DNA from: an uncultured Candidatus Sumerlaeota bacterium
Lineage (GTDB): Bacteria > CAYMEV01
Direction: 5' to 3'
DNA length: 64,000 nucleotides
Assembly: GCA_964389675.1 (NCBI GenBank)
Contig: CAYMEV010000015.1
Span: forward strand, 1-64,000
The position numbers and the translations under genes are program-made. Each line of letters starts with the position of its first letter. The stretch's first letter is position 1. The notes beneath the pieces are model-generated. The model had not been told where the DNA came from. It did no database searches and saw nothing but the letters and a program-made list of their open reading frames with translations. This document shows positions 45,344-54,653 of the stretch, piece after piece.

Positions 45344-48300
45344 ATGAAAAACAGCCAGATACTCGGAAGATACAATATTATAAGGCAGATAGGCACTGGA
45401 GGAGTGGGGGAGGTGTTCTATGCCTATGATACTTTTCAGAAAAAGCATGTTGCTATCAAAAAGATCAGGCAGGAACTGTCAGGCTTTATAAAAAATGATA
45501 TTCTGCAGTATGAATTTAAAATCATATCTAAAATAAAGGATCCATACCTAATTTCAGTGTATGATTTTTTCATGCTTCCCTATAATATTGATTCCTTTTT
45601 TACCATGGAATATATAGATGGAACTGTTTATGACCGCCTGATACCATCCATACCGCTAAGAGACCATATCCTTATTGCCCTGAAAGTATCAAGGGCTCTT
45701 AATACACTTCATCAGCAGGGAATACTGCATCTTGATATAAAGTCCTCGAATATCATGGTCAGAGAAAGCAATGGTGAACCTGTCCTGATGGATTTTGGAC
45801 TGTCCCGCGAAAGAGGTAATACTGCGATGTTTTTCATGCAGGGCACATTAAATTATATGGCTCCTGAAATAGCCGAACAGAAAGATATTGATATATATAC
45901 CGATATCTATTCTCTTGGTATTCTTTTTTATAAAATCTTCACAAAAAGATTCCCTTATTCTGTCTCCAGGCATGCTGATATATCAGGTCTCTCTAAAAAC
46001 AGGCAATACAAAGAGCCATTACAGCTAAACAGCAATATTCCGGACCCCCTTAATAACCTTATTCTTGACATGATAGAATATGAACCGCAAAAAAGGCCAA
46101 AAAGCATTGATCCTGTACTGAGGACTCTTATATCTTTAATTGGCAGGAATCAGAATGAAATTATCAAACAGAATACTTCATCATACCTGTTTTACTCACG
46201 CACAATAGGCAGGGAAAAAGAGCTTCAGAAAACCAAAAGTGCCATAACAGACCCTTCTGCGAACCTGCTAAATATTATAAATGTCAGAGGTCAAAGGGGT
46301 ATAGGCAAAAGCCATTTCTTAAAAGATATTAAATTCTTCCTGCAGTCCAGGGGATTTTTTGTAATAAGCACTAATTGCATAAAATCCCTGGAGGGAAGCT
46401 ACTATGTAATAGTTGATCTGCTCATGAAGCTTCGCAATCTCGTTGATTATCTCCTGCTGCCAATGGGTAAAACAGATTTACCATCAGGGCATGAAAAGCC
46501 GTCCAATATCGATGATTCGACTATCTTTGTAAATTCCATACTTGAGACACAGGAAATCCTTGAAAAGAAGGCTCCTTTCAGTTTCAGGGAAGATCTTAAC
46601 CCAAAAAGGCTGCAGGAGCTTTCATTAAAGATAAAAAACGCAGAATTGCAATATAGAGAACCTGCCACAATCAGATCGTCAATGGACATTATATACCCAA
46701 GATCAATAAAAGAGCTGTTCTACAGATCATTTGATATTCTAAGAGAAGCAAGCGAAATTATTAAAATTGCAATAATAATAGAAGATCTTTCCTTTGATAA
46801 AAGCATTCAGTCATTTGCAGGATATTTGAACAGCTACCTTGACAATACGAGAATACCTGATCTCTTAATCCTTATTTCCGATGGTTCAGATAGCCTTCAT
46901 ATATTTAAGCCAGATAATAATACAAAATCACTCACAATTAATCTAAAGGCTTTCGGCGTTGAAGAAACACAACTCTTTGCATCCACCATGCTCGGATATA
47001 AGATAGATCAACGATTTGGGAAGCTCATTTTCCGGTTCACAAAAGGAAATCCTGACCAGATACAGGAATTTTTAAGGTTTCTTTTTAACAAACGCTGCAT
47101 AGCCTGGAACGAATCCAGGTGGGAGATACGCAAAATCCCTGACCTGAAACAATATGACATGAAACACATAGTAGTTGAGAACCTGAAACATCTAAATAAA
47201 AACCAGCTCAATATAGTAGCAATACTGGCAATAGCAGGGATCCCGCTGATGCAGGAGATATTGGAGAAATGTTTCAATAAGGCTGCCGGTCTTATTGAAG
47301 AGCTTGATCTACTTGAGAGACTGAGGATTATAGAAAGCAGGTACCTGATTACTGGACATAAGTCTTATTCACTCTCATTTTATGACTACAGCACTCATTT
47401 AATGAGCATTCTCACAGATTCTGAATATGAAAACCTGATTCAAAATTTAAGCTACAAAATGGTGGATTATTATTTCAAATCAGGCAACTATTCAGAAGTA
47501 ATCTCTCTGCTATGCTACAAATCAGGGTTATTCCCCTGGAGTTATGTATTTTCAAAACACACAGCAGTCAGGCTGATAGATACCTTCTCATACAAAGAAG
47601 CACTCAGGCACCTTAACCTTTCCATTTACAGTCTGACTGCTGCAAAGCATCAGAAGCCTGAAAACCACGACAGAAGGCTCCATAAGCTTTATACCCTATA
47701 TATGTCACTGTTCCACAAAACAAATAACAGGGAAATGGTCTTCGTATACCTGAAGAAATCTCTCAGGCTTGCATACAAAACGAAAAGCAGATACAAGCTG
47801 TGCGATAATCTCATCTTCAGATTCAATTATTATGTCATGAAAAGGGATTATAAGAAAGCATGCATAAGTCAGAAAAAGGCAATACCTGTTTCTATGCATA
47901 TGAACCTGGAGAAATATGTCAAAGTGCTGGGAAACTATGCCATAACCTTTTATTATCTGAAAGATATGGCTAATTATATTAAAGCGATGAAGAAGCTGGA
48001 AAAGCCTCTTATAAAACTGGGCAACAAAAAAATGTCCGGAATATTCTATATAAATATGGGTGTATACTTCAGAACCCAGTATGAGCTTGATAAAGCATAC
48101 AAAAACTATGAAAAGGCATTAGCGATAGCGGAAGAGACAGGGTCGCCCTACCTGTTTTCCCTTTGCTATGGGAACCTGTCAACCTGCTATTTTTATAAAA
48201 AAGATTTTGAAAAAGCTGTTAATTTTCAGAATATATCCCTGGCTTATTCAAAAGCCATATCAGATCTGTCAGGAATGGTATATTCAACAGGCTTGCTGCT

Positions 48301-49246
48301 TATTTATCTCTTTTTTGCAATGATGTATTCCAAAATTGAGGAACAATTTCTCCTGATGATATCAGATATCAGGAAATATAATATTCAGATCGAGATATAC
48401 AGGCTTGCTGAATCCCATGTCCTATATCTTTTGTCGCTATATAATACAATGAATCTGACAGGGTTATTCTCCTGTTCTTCAAAAATCAGGCTATCAGATA
48501 CTGATGATAGAGTGAAGAATACTGTAATATTTAACAGACAGCTTGCATTGCTTTACTATAACCTGTTCATTCTATATTCGCGAAGCAGGACCGCTTCAAG
48601 CCTTGCCGTTCTCAGAAGCAAGATGAACTACCTTGAGCTTAATAATATAACAGGCTCCTTTGAAACTGAAGAATTTAGAAAAATATTCAATATAATTGAG
48701 ATCTTTTGCAGGTATATCGAAAATTTTGATACCCGGGAAGAAAATAAGATCATAAAACTTATCAGGGACCTTAATGCAGATATTCATTATAACCCGATTT
48801 TTATTTTCAATAAAACCATGCTTATTATAAATATTGCTTTCCTTAAACTCATCAGATACCGTAAGGATGCACCAGACAAAAGCATATCCGCCTGCATTGA
48901 TCTGCTTGTTTCAGAATCATTTTATATCTCAAAGCCGCTTGCACTATTTTTCCTTTCCTGCTATAAAATCCAGGCCGGCATTGAGACCGGCAGTAACATA
49001 CACTCTCTTATCTCATCATATAAAGAGCTTAAGCACATGGAGAATAAATACCAGTTTCTGGTTGCTTGCTTGCTTTGCAAAAGAATTTTATCAGTCAGGC
49101 CCTCATATTTTTCTGACGAAGAATCATCCCGTATATCTGAGGATATTAAAAGCATTGAAAACCAGATCATCGTCCAGCTCCCGGAACAGCACAGAACATC
49201 ATTTAATAGAATCTTTACCTCCCAGCAGCAGTCTTTATTTCTTTGA
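45344..49246 (+). CDS. Ser/Thr kinase - AAA/STAND-like NTPase - TPR protein
   Basis: Kinase GTGGVGEV, AIK, HLDIKSSN, DFG, YMAPE. NTPase IGREKE, GQRGIGKS, IIIEDL, TKGNP. TPR-like C-terminus. Confidence 0.85.
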   Translation: MKNSQILGRYNIIRQIGTGGVGEVFYAYDTFQKKHVAIKKIRQELSGFIKNDILQYEFKIISKIKDPYLISVYDFFMLPYNIDSFFTMEYIDGTVYDRLIPSIPLRDHILIALKVSRALNTLHQQGILHLDIKSSNIMVRESNGEPVLMDFGLSRERGNTAMFFMQGTLNYMAPEIAEQKDIDIYTDIYSLGILFYKIFTKRFPYSVSRHADISGLSKNRQYKEPLQLNSNIPDPLNNLILDMIEYEPQKRPKSIDPVLRTLISLIGRNQNEIIKQNTSSYLFYSRTIGREKELQKTKSAITDPSANLLNIINVRGQRGIGKSHFLKDIKFFLQSRGFFVISTNCIKSLEGSYYVIVDLLMKLRNLVDYLLLPMGKTDLPSGHEKPSNIDDSTIFVNSILETQEILEKKAPFSFREDLNPKRLQELSLKIKNAELQYREPATIRSSMDIIYPRSIKELFYRSFDILREASEIIKIAIIIEDLSFDKSIQSFAGYLNSYLDNTRIPDLLILISDGSDSLHIFKPDNNTKSLTINLKAFGVEETQLFASTMLGYKIDQRFGKLIFRFTKGNPDQIQEFLRFLFNKRCIAWNESRWEIRKIPDLKQYDMKHIVVENLKHLNKNQLNIVAILAIAGIPLMQEILEKCFNKAAGLIEELDLLERLRIIESRYLITGHKSYSLSFYDYSTHLMSILTDSEYENLIQNLSYKMVDYYFKSGNYSEVISLLCYKSGLFPWSYVFSKHTAVRLIDTFSYKEALRHLNLSIYSLTAAKHQKPENHDRRLHKLYTLYMSLFHKTNNREMVFVYLKKSLRLAYKTKSRYKLCDNLIFRFNYYVMKRDYKKACISQKKAIPVSMHMNLEKYVKVLGNYAITFYYLKDMANYIKAMKKLEKPLIKLGNKKMSGIFYINMGVYFRTQYELDKAYKNYEKALAIAEETGSPYLFSLCYGNLSTCYFYKKDFEKAVNFQNISLAYSKAISDLSGMVYSTGLLLIYLFFAMMYSKIEEQFLLMISDIRKYNIQIEIYRLAESHVLYLLSLYNTMNLTGLFSCSSKIRLSDTDDRVKNTVIFNRQLALLYYNLFILYSRSRTASSLAVLRSKMNYLELNNITGSFETEEFRKIFNIIEIFCRYIENFDTREENKIIKLIRDLNADIHYNPIFIFNKTMLIINIAFLKLIRYRKDAPDKSISACIDLLVSESFYISKPLALFFLSCYKIQAGIETGSNIHSLISSYKELKHMENKYQFLVACLLCKRILSVRPSYFSDEESSRISEDIKSIENQIIVQLPEQHRTSFNRIFTSQQQSLFL

Positions 49247-49281
49247 CAATATATAAATATTAATTAACAAATTATTGAAAT

Positions 49282-50238
49282 ATGAGCCGAAAAACAGACA
49301 GGTTTTTTGATCTGCCAATATACTTGCTGATCAGGTTCTTCCTGTTTTTGCTTGGAATATCTTCACTCTTCAGGCAGAAACTCCTTCCTGAGATTCTGGT
49401 CCTGGCTTTTAAAAGGCACAGGAAATACAATAGAATAGTCAGAAAAAATATTGAAATGACAAATATTATAAGCGACCCTTCTGAGATCAACCCATTTGTT
49501 GATAAACTTTACAAAAATATTGCAGTAACTGCCCTGGAAACAATAGAATATATGAACAAGCAACCTGAAGATGTTGATATTGATTTTATTTTCGAAGATC
49601 ATGAACTAATGTACAGACTAAAAGAAAAAACATGCATTTATATGACAGCACATATAGGGAATTTTGAGCTTTTTGCAAGCTTCTTCAGAAGATATGGCAT
49701 AAAGAACAATATCATTGCTCGAAAGATGGACAATCCCTACCTGGATAAGATGACCAGGAACAACAGGGAGAAGTACGGAAACAGGGTCATATATCAGGAA
49801 GGTAGCATATACTATATCGGGAATGGTTTTCAGCACAAAGAGAACTGCTTTTTGCTGGCAGATCACAGAGCACCAAGGGAATACGGTGTATGGGTCAATT
49901 TTTTTGGCCTTCCTGCCATAACCCTGACTATTCCTGCATATTTTGCATTGAAAATGGATGTAAGTATTGTCCCAGTTTTCTGTATAAAGGAAAAAAACAG
50001 CTACAGGATCATTGTAATAGAAAATGTGCCTGTTATACGCGAATATTCAAAAAGCTACAATATATGGGCAAATACCCAGAGATACACACAAATAATTGAA
50101 CAGATAATAAGAAGGTACCCTGATCAGTGGCTTTGGAGCTATGAGCGCTGGAGAATTAAACCAACAGAGCAGGAACTTGAAACCTGTAATCAAAATTATT
50201 ATAAGTTCATTCAGGAAGGGCTTTCATATAAACTCTGA
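49282..50238 (+). CDS. Lipid A late acyltransferase (LpxL/HtrB family)
   Basis: TAHIGNFE, DNPYLD, LLADH, VNFFG and YPDQWLWSYERW motifs. Confidence 0.88.
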   Translation: MSRKTDRFFDLPIYLLIRFFLFLLGISSLFRQKLLPEILVLAFKRHRKYNRIVRKNIEMTNIISDPSEINPFVDKLYKNIAVTALETIEYMNKQPEDVDIDFIFEDHELMYRLKEKTCIYMTAHIGNFELFASFFRRYGIKNNIIARKMDNPYLDKMTRNNREKYGNRVIYQEGSIYYIGNGFQHKENCFLLADHRAPREYGVWVNFFGLPAITLTIPAYFALKMDVSIVPVFCIKEKNSYRIIVIENVPVIREYSKSYNIWANTQRYTQIIEQIIRRYPDQWLWSYERWRIKPTEQELETCNQNYYKFIQEGLSYKL

Positions 50239-50385
50239 AATGACCTTGGCCACTTTTCCCCCAAAAGCAGTGATAATTTATAACCGTTTTTTCACATTTC
50301 CTTATTTGCCTTGATTTTTGCCTGTTTTGGAGTGTATTATATGTTTAAAGGGGTTTTATTTTATGGGATAAAGAGGATTGAAACG

Positions 50386-52077
50386 ATGAATTCGAGAATC
50401 CTTGCTGCATTTATAATTCTCCTGCTGCTTGTCAATGCTGATGCAGAAGCATTGAATGATCCTGAATTTATATGGGCGTCAAGTGCGGGGGGAATCTTGA
50501 ACTCCTCAGGCAGAAATGCAGTAATTGATAATTACGGCAATATCTATATAACAGGGTGTTTTGAAGGCATATCATATTTTGGAGGCATTGAACTCGCTTC
50601 AGAGGGAAAATTCGATATCTATATCGCAAAACTTGATAATTCCGGCCAGTTTATATGGGCAAAGAAGGCCGGAGGAGCTGAAAATGACAGGGGTACAGGT
50701 ATTTTTGCTGATTATTACGGAAATATCTTTATAACAGGCTACTATGAAAGTACTGCATCATTTGGCACATTGCAGCTTATATCAGAAGGCTGCAGCGATA
50801 TTTTCATCGCCAGGCTGAATCAGAACGGGGATTTTATCTGGGCAAAAAGCGCAGGAGGACCTCAGGTTGACCATGCTTATGGTATTTCAGCAGACTCCTC
50901 AGGAAATATATTTATTACAGGATATTTTGAAGGAAATGCTGACTTTGGAGATACCTGTCTGGTATCAAGCGGAATGTCAGATATCTTCATTTCAGGTTTG
51001 GACCTCAGCGGCGGCTTTTTATGGAGCAAAAAGGCCGGCGGACTGCTTGATGATTTTGGCATAGGCATTTCATCAGGAAATGACAACTCAATATATATTA
51101 TAGGTCATTTCAGCGGCATTTGCGGTTTTGACGGTACACAGCTCTCTTCAGCCGGAGGGTTTGATATCTTTATGGCAGGGATTGACAAGAACGGGAATTT
51201 TATCTGGTCAGAAAGGGCAGGCGGACCTGGCAATGATTATGGCATTTCAATATCCTCTGATGATGATTCCTATATATGCTCCACAGGTTATTTCTCCGGC
51301 ACTGCTGTTTTTGGAGCAGATACTCTTGTTTCAAATGGTGGTTTTGACATATTCGCAGCAAGGCTTGATCCGGAAGGCAGCTTCATCTGGGCCAGACAAG
51401 CAGGAGGAATAAGCTATGACCGGGGTTATGCCATAGCTTCAAACAGTTCAGGAAGCTCATACATTTCAGGATTTTTCAGAGACACAGCTTCCTTTGGCAA
51501 ATCTATTCTTTCATCATCTGGGAGCAGTGATATTTTCATAGCAAAGATCGATAAGCTGGGAAATTTCCTGTGGGCACAAAAAGCAGGAGGAACTCTGGAT
51601 GAATCAGTATATGGGATCTGTATTGATAATAATGGTAATTCTTTTATTTCGGGCTATTTCTATGGTACAGCCCTGTTCGGTGAATTTGAACTTATATCAC
51701 AGGGCGGGCATGATTCATGCATTGCCAGTCTCACTGACCCGTCTTTTTTCGTCGAGATTGAATCTTTTTCTGCAAATGGTTCAGGAACAGAAGCCACAAT
51801 TGCCTGGGAAACCTGTTTAGAACCGGATGTCCAGGGATTCTGGCTTTACAGGCTTATAGGAAAGAAAGTCAGCCCATTTGTTTCATATGCCCCTGTACTG
51901 CTTAATCAGACAATGATACCCGGACAGGGTACAGCCTCTGGAGGATATTCATACAGCATTACAGATCATGTAAAGCCTGGCTCTATTATCTTCTATATCC
52001 TTGAAATAGTATCAGCCAGCGGAGATACACTGGAATATAAGACAAGGCTGCAATGGCAGGAAGTCCTTTCAAGGTAA
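50386..52077 (+). CDS. Secreted SBBP/beta-propeller repeat protein with conserved C-terminal domain
   Basis: Signal peptide from ATG 50386. Seven repeats of about 61 aa (GNIYITGYF...DIFIAKLD..G.FIWAKKAGG). C-terminal domain shared with the next gene. Confidence 0.85.
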   Translation: MNSRILAAFIILLLLVNADAEALNDPEFIWASSAGGILNSSGRNAVIDNYGNIYITGCFEGISYFGGIELASEGKFDIYIAKLDNSGQFIWAKKAGGAENDRGTGIFADYYGNIFITGYYESTASFGTLQLISEGCSDIFIARLNQNGDFIWAKSAGGPQVDHAYGISADSSGNIFITGYFEGNADFGDTCLVSSGMSDIFISGLDLSGGFLWSKKAGGLLDDFGIGISSGNDNSIYIIGHFSGICGFDGTQLSSAGGFDIFMAGIDKNGNFIWSERAGGPGNDYGISISSDDDSYICSTGYFSGTAVFGADTLVSNGGFDIFAARLDPEGSFIWARQAGGISYDRGYAIASNSSGSSYISGFFRDTASFGKSILSSSGSSDIFIAKIDKLGNFLWAQKAGGTLDESVYGICIDNNGNSFISGYFYGTALFGEFELISQGGHDSCIASLTDPSFFVEIESFSANGSGTEATIAWETCLEPDVQGFWLYRLIGKKVSPFVSYAPVLLNQTMIPGQGTASGGYSYSITDHVKPGSIIFYILEIVSASGDTLEYKTRLQWQEVLSR

Positions 52078-52203
52078 TTACCTAATGTATTTTATAATTT
52101 TATTTAAAAATTTAATTTCAAATAGCAGTCTTATTATATTATAATAAAAAATAGAAAACCATAGATTCAATATCAGAAAATTTCCTGATAAGGAGGGTTT
52201 TGT

Positions 52204-53394
52204 ATGAATACTGTTAAAACATTTGCCTTAGTGACAGTGATTGTCTTATTATCTTTTACACTGCTTAAGGCTCAGGATGCGATCATAATAGACCATAACT
52301 GCACTGATTACACTCAAATACCTGAAAGCTGGATACAGGCAGCCAAAAGCAGCCTGAGAATAGGCTATGGCCATACATCTCATGGAAGCCAGCTTGTTAC
52401 TGGAATTGAAGCTTTCAGAGATACCTTTGGTGGCAGCTGGAATTTTCAAATAACATACTGGGGGCTGAATACTGGCATTTTTTTCAATGACTACTGGGCT
52501 GAAGGTGATCTTGGCCATTATGGGGACCTTACCTGGAGAGACAACACCATATATATGCTGAATCTGCCTGATAATGACAGAAATGTTGTAATGTGGTCAT
52601 GGTGCGGAGGCTGTTCTGATAATACTCAAGCAGGAATAAATACATATCTGAATGCAATGAATCAGCTTGAATCAGATTATCCCGATATAACATTTATTTA
52701 TATGACTGGCCATCTTGATGGTACCGGCAATTCAGGAAACCTAAATCAGAGGAATAACCAGATCAGGGCTTATTGCCAGGCCAATAACAAGGTTCTTTTT
52801 GATTTTGCCGATATTGAAAGCTATGACCCGGATGCTCTTACCAACTACATGCCCCTCTACTGCAATGATAACTGTGATTATGACAGCGACGGAAACGGCA
52901 GTCTTGATTCCAACTGGGCCCAGGACTGGATTGCAGATAATCCCGGGGCTGCATTGACTACAATAACTTCAAACTGCGACAGCTGTGCACATAGTCAGGG
53001 CCTGAACTGCGTGAGGAAAGGCGCTGCCCTCTGGTGGATGCTTGCAAGAATTGCCGGATGGGAAGGCCCTGGTTCAACATTTGTCGAGCTTGAAACATTT
53101 TCTGCAAATGGTGCCGGAAATACTGTAAATGTCAACTGGACGACGGTATATGAAGATAATGTTCTGGGTTTCTGGCTTTACCGGCTGGTAGGAAAAAAGA
53201 TAAGCCCTTTTATATCCTATGTCCCTGTGCTGCTTAATTCATCAATAATCCCGGGACAGGGTACACCATCAAGCGGGCATGCATATAATTATACTGATTA
53301 TGTAAAACCTGACAGTAAAATGTTTTACATCCTTCAGGTTGAATCAGTATACGGGCAGATCATTGAATACAGGACAAGGCTGCAGTGGCAGTAG
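52204..53394 (+). CDS. Secreted hypothetical protein with the same C-terminal domain
   Basis: AGGAGG RBS, signal peptide (LKA-Q), alpha/beta domain (YGHTSHGSQ, MWSWCG, LFDFADIESYDPD), shared 104-aa C-terminus. Confidence 0.8.
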   Translation: MNTVKTFALVTVIVLLSFTLLKAQDAIIIDHNCTDYTQIPESWIQAAKSSLRIGYGHTSHGSQLVTGIEAFRDTFGGSWNFQITYWGLNTGIFFNDYWAEGDLGHYGDLTWRDNTIYMLNLPDNDRNVVMWSWCGGCSDNTQAGINTYLNAMNQLESDYPDITFIYMTGHLDGTGNSGNLNQRNNQIRAYCQANNKVLFDFADIESYDPDALTNYMPLYCNDNCDYDSDGNGSLDSNWAQDWIADNPGAALTTITSNCDSCAHSQGLNCVRKGAALWWMLARIAGWEGPGSTFVELETFSANGAGNTVNVNWTTVYEDNVLGFWLYRLVGKKISPFISYVPVLLNSSIIPGQGTPSSGHAYNYTDYVKPDSKMFYILQVESVYGQIIEYRTRLQWQ

Positions 53395-53453
53395 CCCAGG
53401 TAAGTATTCATAATTGCCTTTAAGATGTTCTGATCAAGGAAGTATAAAGAAAG

Positions 53454-53528
53454 TGGCTCCCCCAGCCGGGCTCGAACCAGCAACCCTCCGGTTAACAGCC
53501 GGATGCTCTACCATTGAGCTATGGAGGA
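53454..53528 (-). tRNA. tRNA-Asn (GTT), CCA encoded
   Basis: TCCTCCATAGCTCAATGGTAGAGCATCCGGCTGTTAACCGGAGGGTTGCTGGTTCGAGCCCGGCTGGGGGAGCCA folds as a cloverleaf. Confidence 0.96.
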
Positions 53529-53590
53529 GCAGATAGTAGAAAGTATATCTACACTAAATTGGATTAATAGCAAGAAAAAAATCAAGATTT

Positions 53591-54544
53591 TTATTCAATT
53601 GAACAAAATTTCATGAACCTTGATTCAGGGATATGTTTTCTTTTTACAAAAAGACTCCTTTCAAATCTTCTCAGATTTGAAGCCATCTCAGTTGCCTTTG
53701 AAAATCCCCTGTTATATATTATATCTATCTTCTTGAAATCATACCAGTTCAAATCATCCAGCTGAGGCCTTATCAGGATATCAGCAAGATTAGTATTATC
53801 AAAATGAAATCTTCTGGAAGCAATCTTTTCAATACGTGAGAAAATATCAATTGCATTGTTGAACTTATCAACCTCCTTAAATGCTGATCCTACATCAACT
53901 GCAATTATTCTGTTAAATCCCATCATTACAGCCTGAGCCACAGGCAATTTTGCTGTTGTACCTCCGTCTATAAGCATCCTGCCCTTATACTCAACAGGAG
54001 GCAGGACACCTGCAATAGATGAGCTTCCCTGTACAATAGGGGATAGTTTGCCTCTGGTGAATACAATATCTTTTCCTGTTATCATATCAGTAGCAATTAT
54101 ATATGTCCTCACAGGGAGATCCTCGAGAAAAGTGTCTCCGAAAAAAACATCCAGCAGTTCTTCAAACAGTCCCCTCTCAATAAGCGACTGCCTGATGACG
54201 CCTCTGATAACCCAGGCACTTTTTTTTATGCTGTAATACATATTTCTTACTGTATTTTTAATTCCTGGTTCACCATCTGCCTGCACTTTCTCAAATTCAG
54301 GGAAATCAATGTCCTCAATAACTTCCCTGTATTTGAATAATGCCTTTTGAGCATCCTGGGTCATTGCATAAAGAGACCCGAACAAAGCCCCTGCTGATGT
54401 TCCAAAAACTGCATCAAAGCTTATATGATTCTGCATGAGATATTCAATGACCCCTAGGTGAGCAATACCCCTTGCACCGCCTCCTCCAAGCACCAATGCT
54501 GTCTTTTGCCCGAATGGATTGAATTTATCTAAAATATTTTTCAT
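53591..54544 (-). CDS. Patatin-like phospholipase
   Basis: GGGGARG, GTSAG (catalytic Ser) and DGG motifs. Confidence 0.9.
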   Translation of the reverse strand: MKNILDKFNPFGQKTALVLGGGGARGIAHLGVIEYLMQNHISFDAVFGTSAGALFGSLYAMTQDAQKALFKYREVIEDIDFPEFEKVQADGEPGIKNTVRNMYYSIKKSAWVIRGVIRQSLIERGLFEELLDVFFGDTFLEDLPVRTYIIATDMITGKDIVFTRGKLSPIVQGSSSIAGVLPPVEYKGRMLIDGGTTAKLPVAQAVMMGFNRIIAVDVGSAFKEVDKFNNAIDIFSRIEKIASRRFHFDNTNLADILIRPQLDDLNWYDFKKIDIIYNRGFSKATEMASNLRRFERSLFVKRKHIPESRFMKFCSIE

Positions 54545-54653
54545 TTTCTGGAATAATAATAAAGAGAATATAATTGTAAAGAAATTAGAGTTAATACCTT
54601 ATAAATTGACTTTATCTGGATTTATGATTTTCCTGCTGAATAATCCTTCACAG

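Noticed and set aside
50440-51740. Regular ~183-nt repeats that could suggest an array
   Set aside because: They are in-frame coding repeats of the beta-propeller protein, not CRISPR or non-coding repeats.
50386-53528. Possible genomic island integrated at the 3' end of tRNA-Asn
   Set aside because: No integrase and no duplicated tRNA 3' end seen in the window.
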